64,000 bases of DNA, from the NCBI GenBank assembly GCA_964541305.1, contig CAZIPE010000006.1, positions 1,957 to 65,956 of the forward strand, read 5' to 3'. Position 1 is the first letter of the stretch. Each line of letters begins with the position of its first letter. The notes under the pieces are model-generated. The model saw only the letters and a list, made by a program, of their open reading frames with translations. It searched no databases and was not told the DNA's origin. A program made the translations under genes and the position numbers. This DNA comes from an uncultured Candidatus Saccharibacteria bacterium (GTDB lineage Bacteria; Patescibacteriota; Saccharimonadia; Saccharimonadales; UBA7683). This document shows positions 52,400-62,000 of this stretch, one piece after another.

Positions 52400-53026
52400 C
52401 TATTGTACTTGGGCGGGTGGAAATTGTGGGGGTTGCTGGTCGGTATAGTCTGAATCAGTCTGAACTGGTGGTTGCTGTGGCTGCACTGCTGGTTGGGATT
52501 GTGGTGCTGAGAAATCATTCTGTGGTGCGGACGACTGCATAACAGAAGGTTGCGTGGAAGTTTCGGCAGCCATTGAGCCGGCTTGCATGGCTTCAACTAT
52601 TTTCGACGAGTCAGCTTTAATCTCACCCTTTAACTTTTCTAGCTCTTCCGCAACAACTTGCTTGTAGTCAGGAAAGTTAGTTTCCAACCATGTAAGTGCA
52701 CCGAATTCAGTCTTTACTGCATTTTCATTGAATTGACGACCTGCCGTCTGCGCAGCAGATTGAGCAGATTGCACTGCTTTTACATACGCTTCACTCTGGG
52801 ACCAGCTTGGCTTGATCTGATTAAGATATCCTTCGGTAAATACCAAGTCACCATTAATAAAACGTTCGAATTCATCAAGCTGAGCATCACTCATTCTTTC
52901 AGCCAAGCGCATGCCAACGCGCATTTCGAGCGTTTCATATATCTGTCGTAGGAGCTTATCGCGTTCTTCTTTAGGTAGTGTTGCGAGCCCTAGTTCTTCA
53001 AGTAGCGAGTCGTCGATTCGTATCAT
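52400..53026 (-). CDS. hypothetical protein with a Gln/Pro-rich C-terminus
   Basis: 208 aa with a helical N-terminal domain and a low-complexity QP tail. Confidence 0.55.
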   Translation of the reverse strand: MIRIDDSLLEELGLATLPKEERDKLLRQIYETLEMRVGMRLAERMSDAQLDEFERFINGDLVFTEGYLNQIKPSWSQSEAYVKAVQSAQSAAQTAGRQFNENAVKTEFGALTWLETNFPDYKQVVAEELEKLKGEIKADSSKIVEAMQAGSMAAETSTQPSVMQSSAPQNDFSAPQSQPAVQPQQPPVQTDSDYTDQQPPQFPPAQVQ

Positions 53027-53062
53027 GTGTATGTTTCCTGTTTACGTTCTTATTGTACCAGA

Positions 53063-54838
53063 CTATAGCGTACGTTGAACTTCTTCTTGCTTATAAAATT
53101 CGAGTCGATCACCTTCTTCAAGGAGTGTTTTGCCCCTTGTTTTAATTTGAAGTCCACACATTTCACCTTCAAACACCTCTTTTGCTTCTTGTTGCTGGCG
53201 CTTCACGCTCACAATTTCAACTTCTGCAATCTGTTCTTTTTCACGAATTACTCGCGCTTTTACACCAGGCTCAACTTTTCCTTTAGTTACTTCTCCACCA
53301 CAGATGATTTCATCTTTGGTCGTTCTAAATACACCGCGAATAATCAATTTTCCAAGTTCAGTGACAACAATTTCAGGCTCAAGCAGTGCCGTAAGAACAT
53401 TCTTGGCATCATCGAGTAGCTCATATATAACATTAAACGATCGAATTGATACATTTTCTCGCTCTGCGAGTTTCGCAACTGATGGTGACACCGTAACATT
53501 AAACGCATAAATGAGCGCTTTACTGGTAGATGCCATCTGAATATCACTTTCTGAAACATTGCCCACGCCCGACCCGACTACTTGCATTTTTAGTTCATCG
53601 TTTTCAAGAAGTCGGATGCTATCTGTTACTGAAGTTAAAGAACCCTGCACGTCGGCCTTTACAATAATTGGTACTTCCTGAGTTTTCAGATTTTTGTTGA
53701 TGATACTAATCAGATCGCCACTCGTCATATTAAGCTTGCGGTCTACTTGCTTGAGTTTCTTTTCATTTGCTTTTAGTCGAGCTTCTTTTTCGCTCTTCAT
53801 AACAATGATGTGATCACCAAATTGTGGTGGTTCTTTTAAGCCAGTGAGCTGAACGGGTGTTGATGGTCCCGCTGTCTCAATAGATTTACCATTCCAACTC
53901 TCCAGTGTACGTATTTTTCCAAAAGTAACGCCAGCAACAACGAAATCACCTTTTTTTAACTGTCCGTGTTCAATAAGTGTGGTAACCAACGCACCTTTAC
54001 CTTGCTCCATGTGAGCCTCAATAACGATACCTTCGGCACTCCCTGCATTATCTGCCTTGAGTTCTTCGATATCAGCAAGCAACAATACCATATCGAGGAG
54101 TGAATCGATACCAGCCTTTGTCTTGGCCGAAACCTCTACCATCACGACATCTCCACCCCAATCTTCTGGCATGAGCCCAGCTTCTGAAAGACTTTGTTTC
54201 GTGCGGTTCACATCAGCTTCAGGTTTATCGGTTTTATTGATGGCTACTACAATTTTTGCGTGGGCATCTTTGGCAAATTTAATCGCCTCAACTGTTTGAG
54301 GCTTTACACCATCATCAGCCGCCACCACAATAATAACGACATCTGTTAATCGAGCGCCGTGTTGACGCAGGGCAGCAAATGCCTCGTGCCCAGGAGTATC
54401 AAGCAAGGTAAGTGTTCGATTGTTATACTCGGTTTGATAGGCAGATATATGCTGGGTGATACCGCCAGCTTCTCTATCGACAACTTTTAGATCTAAAATG
54501 GCATCAAGTAAACTTGTTTTACCGTGATCAACATGCCCCATTACTGCAACTACCGGTGGGCGCGTTGTGGCAGTATCGTTCTCTAGGCGAGCTGACTTCT
54601 TAACCACTTCTTCGGCGCTACTCGAAACATTTTCTTCAGATTCTTTTTCAAGCGTAACCTCAAGACCAAGCTCTTCAACAATTATTTGAGCAGTCTCAAA
54701 ATCAATTCGCTGGTTCACAGTCGCCATAATTCCGTTTTTAAACAGCTCACCTACCAACTGCGCAACCGGCAAATCAATTTTCTGAGCAAGATCACCTACG
54801 GTTATCATACTGTCTATCGTGATGGTTTTTTGACTCAT
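53063..54838 (-). CDS. infB: translation initiation factor IF-2
   Basis: GTPase motifs GHVDHGKTS, DTPGH and NKTD. Confidence 0.96.
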   Translation of the reverse strand: MSQKTITIDSMITVGDLAQKIDLPVAQLVGELFKNGIMATVNQRIDFETAQIIVEELGLEVTLEKESEENVSSSAEEVVKKSARLENDTATTRPPVVAVMGHVDHGKTSLLDAILDLKVVDREAGGITQHISAYQTEYNNRTLTLLDTPGHEAFAALRQHGARLTDVVIIVVAADDGVKPQTVEAIKFAKDAHAKIVVAINKTDKPEADVNRTKQSLSEAGLMPEDWGGDVVMVEVSAKTKAGIDSLLDMVLLLADIEELKADNAGSAEGIVIEAHMEQGKGALVTTLIEHGQLKKGDFVVAGVTFGKIRTLESWNGKSIETAGPSTPVQLTGLKEPPQFGDHIIVMKSEKEARLKANEKKLKQVDRKLNMTSGDLISIINKNLKTQEVPIIVKADVQGSLTSVTDSIRLLENDELKMQVVGSGVGNVSESDIQMASTSKALIYAFNVTVSPSVAKLAERENVSIRSFNVIYELLDDAKNVLTALLEPEIVVTELGKLIIRGVFRTTKDEIICGGEVTKGKVEPGVKARVIREKEQIAEVEIVSVKRQQQEAKEVFEGEMCGLQIKTRGKTLLEEGDRLEFYKQEEVQRTL

Positions 54839-54883
54839 GACAACCTTCCTTTCGGCTATGGTGATTTACTACTTACATCATTA

Positions 54884-55942
54884 TTACTGTAAACTTAGTG
54901 AAATTTTTCTATTATCTCTGTCAATTTCAAGAATTTTGAAATTCTTCTTTTCGTTGAGCTTAAACAGGTTTTCAGGGTCAACTCCGTCACCTTCACCAAG
55001 CTCTGAAACATGCACCAAAGCCTCAACTGCTGGGCTCAGCTGTATGAATGCGCCAAACGGAGTAATACGAGTTACCATACCTTCAACTTTATCGCCTTTT
55101 TTGAATGCCGCAGCCTCGGTTGCCCATGGATCTTCTTGCATTTGCTTCATACTGAGTGAAAGTCGATCTTTATCAATAGCAATAATCTTTGCTTCAATCT
55201 GATCGCCACTCTTAACATGATCAGATGGATTTTCGACTCGTTCCCAGCTAATTTCTGAGATGTGTACTAAGCCTTCAATACCTTCAACGTTTACGAACGC
55301 ACCGAAGTCTACGACACCAGTGACCATTCCCTTAACTACGTCGCCTACTTTCAGCTTTTCAAAACGTGCCTGCATGTCTTCGCGAACTGCTTCTTTTTCG
55401 CTGAAGATCAGCTTGTTTGCCTTGCGGTCAATATCAAGAATGCGCACCTTAAGCTTCTGCGTAGTAAGACTGTTGAGGCGTTGGAGAATTTCGTCTTTGT
55501 CTGAACTGCCAACGCGTGGATAGTGCTCTGCACTTAATTGTGAAACGGGGAGGAATCCGCGTACACCTTCGAGTTCTACCAATAATCCACCTCGGTTGGC
55601 GTCGTATGGAGTAACTTCAAGAGTTTCACCCTTATCAAACAATGCCTGGACATCATCCCAACCTCTGTCTTTAGCGGCTTTTCGAAGTGAAAGTAGCGCC
55701 TGACCCTCTTCAAACTCAGGGTCTACGATACTTGCCATCACCTCATCGCCTACTGCGAGTTTATGGCCAAAGCCAATCTCTCTTCGTGGCACCATGCCCA
55801 ACCCATTTATTCCGAGATCTAACCAGATCTCATTTTTCTTAACACTCAGGACCTTTGCTTCGAGTACTTCGCCAGCCTCCAGTTGTTTAAACTGAGCGTC
55901 AGCCAGTAACTCATCCATAGTAATAGTTGCTTGTTTTGTCAT
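54884..55942 (-). CDS. rpsA: 30S ribosomal protein S1-like protein (four S1 domains)
   Basis: The start is set at MTKQATITMDELL, with GGAAGGAG upstream. S1 OB-fold segments repeat (G.V..V..FGAFV). Confidence 0.85.
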   Translation of the reverse strand: MTKQATITMDELLADAQFKQLEAGEVLEAKVLSVKKNEIWLDLGINGLGMVPRREIGFGHKLAVGDEVMASIVDPEFEEGQALLSLRKAAKDRGWDDVQALFDKGETLEVTPYDANRGGLLVELEGVRGFLPVSQLSAEHYPRVGSSDKDEILQRLNSLTTQKLKVRILDIDRKANKLIFSEKEAVREDMQARFEKLKVGDVVKGMVTGVVDFGAFVNVEGIEGLVHISEISWERVENPSDHVKSGDQIEAKIIAIDKDRLSLSMKQMQEDPWATEAAAFKKGDKVEGMVTRITPFGAFIQLSPAVEALVHVSELGEGDGVDPENLFKLNEKKNFKILEIDRDNRKISLSLQ

Positions 55943-56009
55943 AAAAACAAAACTCCTTCCAAAAAATATTTCTTGTGTTCGTACTGTGCGAACCTTAAGA
56001 TTAGCTTCT

Positions 56010-56038
56010 ATTGTACAGGTGTTGATAACAGAAGTCAA
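56010..56038 (-). promoter_or_regulatory. sigma70-type promoter for rpsA (TTGACT-17-TACAAT)
   Basis: The minus strand reads TTGACTtctgttatcaacacctgTACAAT. Confidence 0.6.
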
Positions 56039-56063
56039 AACAACCTGTAACAGATGCTTAACT

Positions 56064-56501
56064 CTAAGCGACTTTTTTGTACTGCCGGCCCTTCAAAAAC
56101 AGGTATATTGCTGTACTTGAAAGTAGTGTTGTCATGAGCACATCAGTACCTAGCCCTGTTTCTGGCAGTGGCCCCGTTGAAGCAAGCCCGTCCGCAATCC
56201 CCCTTGGTACTGTCTCCTCTGTTGATTCGTCGGGTGTAGCTACGTCAGCAGCACCGGTACTCGCTCGGTCCGTGCTCGGATCACCCTCTACGATATCCTT
56301 CGTCTGAGTTGTTCCGCTACTCTGCGATTCTTTCTCATCTTTCTGCTGGCTTTGAGTTGTTGCTTCTTCCGCCTTTTTTGCGTCGTTCCTGTTGCCGATT
56401 GCTCGAATAAGCAAAAACGCTACAATCACCACAATTATCACCCCAATAATTAGTCGGATGAGCCCGCTAAAATGTGTAAGTAATCCCCTGTTTTCCTCCA
56501 T
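56064..56501 (-). CDS. LPXTG-anchored low-complexity surface protein
   Basis: N-terminal TM/signal segment, a Thr/Ser/Glu/Asp-rich middle, and a C-terminal LPETG followed by a hydrophobic helix and KGRQYKK. Confidence 0.75.
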   Translation of the reverse strand: MEENRGLLTHFSGLIRLIIGVIIVVIVAFLLIRAIGNRNDAKKAEEATTQSQQKDEKESQSSGTTQTKDIVEGDPSTDRASTGAADVATPDESTEETVPRGIADGLASTGPLPETGLGTDVLMTTLLSSTAIYLFLKGRQYKKVA

Positions 56502-56622
56502 AGTATCTCCTTGTCATTTTATAATACCCCCCCGAATACTAAACTGCAAAGATAAGCACTTTGACGTTGATTTAAGACACGCTCTCTACTCACCAACCAT
56601 GACAAGTGCTACAATTGTTTAT

Positions 56623-57441
56623 ATGATAATCGGGGTAGATATTGGAGGAACAAAAACACTTATTGCACTGTTTAATTCCGCTGGGGTCATAGAAAAAGAA
56701 CACTCTTTTACAACCCCTCTGGGCTACGATGAATTCATTTCAGAGTTTAGCGGGCACATCGTCAATTTCCCGACTAGTAAGATAGAGCTTTGTTGTGTCG
56801 GAGTACCAGGATTACTCGACCGATCCAAGGGTCTCGTACACAGCCTGGGTAACCTTCCTTGGGAGGAAGAAGCAATTGCACGCGATCTTTCAAAATGCAT
56901 GGACGACGTGAAAGTAGTTATTGAAAACGACAGTAAACTTGCCGGACTCTCAGAAGTACGCGCACTTCAAGAAGTGCCTCATCGAGCGCTATACCTCACT
57001 ATTAGCACCGGAATAGGTGGTGCTTTACTCGTAAACGGTAAGCTTTCTAAAGATATGATTGATATGGAAATCGGTAAAACACCCGTGCTATTTGAAGGTG
57101 AGCTTGCCGACTGGGAAACCTTTGCTTCTGGCAAGGCCTTTACTGAAGCCTATGGCGGAAAAGGCGATGAAATCAATAACCCACTCCTTTGGCAAAAATA
57201 TGCTCAAGAAAGATTAGGGCCTGGTCTCGTTGTTGCATGCAGCTACCTGCAAATTGATACTATAATTTTTGGCGGAGGACTCGGTCATCACAGTAAACAC
57301 TTTGCTGACTACCTCGCGCCTTATCTTGATGAACGACTGCACGCCATCGTAAAGCGACCGAAAGACCTCAGACCTGCAAAACATGGAAAGAATGCCGTCA
57401 TTTACGGGTGCTACGAATATGCCAAAGACAAACTTACCTAG
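56623..57441 (+). CDS. ROK family sugar kinase (glucokinase-like)
   Basis: The start is set at MIIGVDIGGTKT. The upstream part of the track ORF is antisense to the LPXTG gene. Confidence 0.82.
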   Translation: MIIGVDIGGTKTLIALFNSAGVIEKEHSFTTPLGYDEFISEFSGHIVNFPTSKIELCCVGVPGLLDRSKGLVHSLGNLPWEEEAIARDLSKCMDDVKVVIENDSKLAGLSEVRALQEVPHRALYLTISTGIGGALLVNGKLSKDMIDMEIGKTPVLFEGELADWETFASGKAFTEAYGGKGDEINNPLLWQKYAQERLGPGLVVACSYLQIDTIIFGGGLGHHSKHFADYLAPYLDERLHAIVKRPKDLRPAKHGKNAVIYGCYEYAKDKLT

Positions 57442-57901
57442 TATTATTGTCGTTATACGCGATTTTCCGCAGCTTACCCTTCGAGAATCTGAAGATTTTT
57501 ACTACTCCTCGCGTGATAAATGCGTTTACTACAACAAGGCTCATACACAAACTGAAGCTGGACTTTTTCAGTTATTCCATGAGATTGGTCACGCTTTAAG
57601 CTCACACCATCATTACGACAGTGGTATTCAACTACTGAAGATGGAAGCTGAGGCGTGGAAGGAAGCCAAAGCCATTGCTCAAACATACAAACTAACCATC
57701 CCCGATGATCTCATCGAACACTGCTTGAATAGTTATCGAGATTGGCTACACCTTAGAAGCACCTGCCCCACCTGTAAAAATATCGCCATTGAGGAAAAAT
57801 TAAACTGTTACCACTGCTTCAATTGCTATCAAAAATGGTCGGTTCCAACAGATCAGAGATCTCGCAGTTACCGCCACAAAGTAGTGCGTAGTGTCGAGTG
57901 A
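57419..57901 (+). CDS. HExxH metalloprotease-like protein (ImmA/IrrE-like) with C-terminal zinc ribbon
   Basis: LFHEIGHAL motif and CPTCKN...CYHCFNC. The start codon is uncertain. Confidence 0.45.
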   Translation: MPKTNLPSIIVVIRDFPQLTLRESEDFYYSSRDKCVYYNKAHTQTEAGLFQLFHEIGHALSSHHHYDSGIQLLKMEAEAWKEAKAIAQTYKLTIPDDLIEHCLNSYRDWLHLRSTCPTCKNIAIEEKLNCYHCFNCYQKWSVPTDQRSRSYRHKVVRSVE

Positions 57902-57924
57902 TTAGTTAGTAGTTAAAAACAAAA

Positions 57925-57950
57925 AGAGATACCTCAAATGAGGTATCTCT
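57925..57950. terminator. 12-bp hairpin between convergent genes (T-run on the minus-strand side)
   Basis: AGAGATACCTCA-aa-TGAGGTATCTCT. On the minus strand it is followed by TTTTTGTTTTT. Confidence 0.75.
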
Positions 57951-57987
57951 TACTATTCACCACCCACTAATCACTGTCCACTAGTAA

Positions 57988-58212
57988 TTATTTACTAGTT
58001 TTGGTACGTCGAGAGATTCGACCACCTCGTGAACCCGCAAGTCGTGCTCGTTCGCGGCCAGTCAAACCATCGGCACCCTTCTTATCGCTTGCAAACCCGC
58101 CTGTTCGGCCTAGTTTGCCACCTTTAGCACCAATTGATGCGTAAAAGTCTGCTCCGTAAAGAGCTTTGTTTCTTGCAGCAGCTTTTTCGCCACCTTTTTT
58201 AGTTCCAGCCAT
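57988..58212 (-). CDS. KGG-repeat general stress protein (YciG/GsiB-like)
   Basis: 74 aa with repeated KGG/GGK motifs (KKGGEKAA, GAKGGKLGRTGG, SRGGR). Confidence 0.75.
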   Translation of the reverse strand: MAGTKKGGEKAAARNKALYGADFYASIGAKGGKLGRTGGFASDKKGADGLTGRERARLAGSRGGRISRRTKTSK

Positions 58213-58376
58213 AGTAATGACCTCCCTTAAAGTTAATATTTATAAGTTTCTCTTTCAAAATATGAAACAAAAAGAGCCCGCACATTAACTGTGCAGACCC
58301 TCCTCATTTCACCTCTGAAATTATGCTTATGATATCACGTCAAAGCGCTCATGTCAATAGCTATACGACATTTCGT

Positions 58377-58571
58377 TTAAAGAGAGAGTAGCTCTAATAC
58401 GCGGTGCATCACAAATGCCGGCCAGACCATTGCCTTCAAAAGAGCAACAATGAATTCGCCAAACCCTTCAGATGCCTGCACCCAATACACTGCCGCACCA
58501 ATATAGGTGAGAAAATATGCACCACCCCACGCACCATTATCATGCACTATCTTTGTTGTTTTCTTACTCAT
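58377..58571 (-). CDS. hypothetical small membrane protein
   Basis: 64 aa with two hydrophobic helices. Confidence 0.5.
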   Translation of the reverse strand: MSKKTTKIVHDNGAWGGAYFLTYIGAAVYWVQASEGFGEFIVALLKAMVWPAFVMHRVLELLSL

Positions 58572-58628
58572 TTTATTCCTCCTATTTAGAATTATACTCT
58601 ACCCCGTCAATACGCTATACTTTATTTT

Positions 58629-58997
58629 ATGAAAATGAACGAATATACGACAATTGACGATTATCTTGCCAACTTCTCGGGAGAGACAAAAGAAAAACTC
58701 GAAACTATTCGCGCCCTTTGCCATAAAGAAGTTCCAGAAAGTGGCGAAAAAATAAGCTACGGCGTGCCGACTCTTACTCTAAACGGAAAATACTGGATAT
58801 ATTTTGCGGGCTACGACTCTCATGTCGCCATTTACCCACCCCCCTATTTAGACGACCCGATCTTACAACAAGAGATTCAACCATACAAAAAAAGTAAGGG
58901 CACACTCCGCTTTGAAAACACCCAACCGCTCCCCATTGAACTCATCAAAAAAATCATAAAAGCCAAACACCAAGACTACCTCGACCGGATGAAATAG
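58629..58997 (+). CDS. DUF1801 (YdhG-like) domain protein
   Basis: 122 aa containing TIDDYLANFSGETKEKLETIRALCHK...ISYGVPT. Confidence 0.7.
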   Translation: MKMNEYTTIDDYLANFSGETKEKLETIRALCHKEVPESGEKISYGVPTLTLNGKYWIYFAGYDSHVAIYPPPYLDDPILQQEIQPYKKSKGTLRFENTQPLPIELIKKIIKAKHQDYLDRMK

Positions 58998-59022
58998 TCG
59001 GAACCTAGCTGAGGTGATACTT

Positions 59023-62000
59023 TCATACCGTAATCTGCACCACCGTTCCTTTGCCCTCATGACTGACAATATTCACCGACCCACCGTACTTTTCTACAAT
59101 TAATCTTACGGTGTAGAGGCTGAGTCCGAGACCTTCATAATCATACGTTTCAGTTGAAGTGGCACGAGTAAAGGGCTGCATAAGTGTGCTAATTTTTTTG
59201 TGATCAATACCCTTCCCAGTATCGCCGACAGTCATAATAAATCGTCGTCGTTTATTTTTAGCAGAAACGTATACTCGACCACCCCCGGGCGTAAAGCGAA
59301 GTGCGTTGTCAATAAGGTGACTGCTGATAAATTCAAATTCCTGTGACGTAAACGGCACAACGACATGTGGTGCACCCTCATAGCTAAGTTCAATATGGGC
59401 TTGACTCGCGACAGATTGAAATTTGGCAACATCAGACCCAACCGAAATTGGGGCTTTGTGTGAGGTGCCTGCTGGTTTGTTGGTACGCAAGAGGTTCGCA
59501 ATATGCCCGAAAGTTATGCTCACCGACGAGAGCTGGTTGGCACCACTGGTAAAGTGTTTTATAAAACCAGGGTCGGAGATACCTTCACAATACTTTCGCA
59601 CCTCCTCTACTTTCGCACTTAACTCTTTTTGGTTAGAGGCGATAAATTCTACACGATCCTCGAGTAGTGACTGAGCTACCACTTGAGTTTGTTTTAGGTT
59701 AGAGTTTAGCTGACGCTGGTGCTGCCAAAATTTAAAGAACAATAGTGTTAGGAGTGAACCAGTTACAACCAATAGAAGCCCTAAAACATTAAAGGACACC
59801 CATGCCTCCTGCCGACCACTTTGTGCAGCCAGTGCCATACTGAGTGCCAGTAACCCAACAGACACCAATACGGGCAACACAACCCATCGGGAGGTTCGAT
59901 GCGTCTTAATCTGTCCAGCTGATTCAAGTTGTTTCTTGATTGGCTCCGTGCGTGTATTCAATTCACTTACTAAATTATTTACGTATACCTTAAGACTCTC
60001 GACAGACACCGCCAGCCCTCCCGTGGCCACCTGAGACTTTTTCCCTAGTGCTTCAATCGCTAGTGACATTGTTGTGATTGGTGTCCCCAAATAATGCGTC
60101 ACGATGTGTAGAAAACCCGATAGACCTTCGATTGTCTGATTGAGTAGTGCCTCTGCTGCTCTGAGTAGATGATTTTGTCGTTCTTGGCGGTATGCCTGAA
60201 TGGCATAGAATAGCGCCATAATTACCAACAATATCCATGACATATTTCTAGTGATTATTGCTATAGAAGCTACACGTTTTTTGTTCTGCTGTGCGACTTT
60301 TTCATTTTGAGCTTTTCCAATATTTGCCACCTCTTCTAAGTATTCAATGGGATCCGGAGGGTCTTTGGGTGTACCCTCTCTGGCGTTTCCAGAATTGGTT
60401 ATCGAAGCTGGTGGATTATTTGGGTCGGAGGGATTTTCAGGGTCAGGATCGTCAGGAGTATCTTCGTCTACTACATAGATATGGTTGAAGATATTGTTTG
60501 AGTTAATTGAGTAAATGGGTGCAGAGCCTACTATAGCACTACCAAAAAAATCTAGTTCTGAATCTTGCGGTCCAAGAACGAATCCTCTTAGGGTGGTATT
60601 GCCCCCAACATAGTCTGATGTGGTTGTAAGTTTAAGTTGCAAGCTCAGGCTACCCCCAACCGCTAATGCAGGATTGGGTCTAGCACCACAAGCCACTAAA
60701 CTTCCCTCGTAGCTCGAGAATGAAGCATAAGGAAAAGAAGATATTGAACCATAGTTTACACAAGTAGAACCGATGGTATTGTTCGTGAATGTAGCCGATT
60801 GATATGTCGTAACGGTTGGAATAAGTATGTATAAGATCAAGTAATCAGCCGATACATCTGGACCTAGGTTACTGACGGTTAAAGAATACTCTGCAGTATC
60901 ACCCGCAATAACTGGCTCCGAGTTATTTAGGCTAATTGATAGGGAGTGGTCTGAGATTAGACAAGCGGGAGTGGTGAATGTAGCGTCTTCGCCATACGCC
61001 GCACCCCGAGGGTTCTCCAAATACGCTCGGTAATGGTAGGTAACACCGCAATCTAAATTATCGATGGTAACCACTTGATTGCCCGGACTACTTGATGAAG
61101 GATATACGCTATTTCCATACGAATCATCTAGACCGTATTGAACAACAGCATAAGCTGAGTCACTAGAGATAATAGCAATACTCACTTCCGCAACTTCTTG
61201 CGATAGAGATTGAACTCCCCCCGTAGCCACTTGTGGCGAACATATACGAGTATCTCCGACTATATACCAGTCAAATTCAGCAATTATATACGCCCGTTCG
61301 TCTTCACTTTCACAGTACATGAAATCTTGTACTTCCAGTTGTATATTACTCTGAAGATTCTGCCCCGACCAACCCAATAGTATGGCGTCGTATGTTTCTG
61401 GAGATATCCCCGATCCACTTACAATTGACCACATGTAGCCAACATTCTCTACGTTTAACGTTCCAATATTTTGATTGAAGGCGATGGCGCCTGCGAATGT
61501 TGAGCCCAGGCTAGTAACGCTACTTGTATCCCAATCACCCATAGGCTGGTTGAAGCTGGTTGCGTTAGCGAACATGTAGCTCATCGAGGTGACATTGCTC
61601 GTATTCCAGTCGCTGAGGGATTGGTTGAAGGAGGTGGTATCCATAAACATTGCACTCATGTCGGTTACACTACCAGTATTCCAGGTGTTCAGGGATTGGT
61701 TGAATGCGGTGGCACCTGCGAACATTCCCGCCATGATAGTGACATTGCTCGTATTCCAGTCGCTGAGTGGTTGGTTGAAGGATGTGGCGCCGGAGAACAT
61801 ACTGCTCATCTTGGTCACACTGCCAGTGTTCCAGGTATTCAGTGGTTGATCGAATGATGTGGCGCCGGAGAACATTTCAGACATACTCGTAACCGTAGAC
61901 GTATCCCAACTACCTACAGGACTATTGAATGAGGTAGTATTTTTGAATGTTTTCGTCATATCCGTAACTCCACTCACATCCCAATTGTTAATATTCTGAT

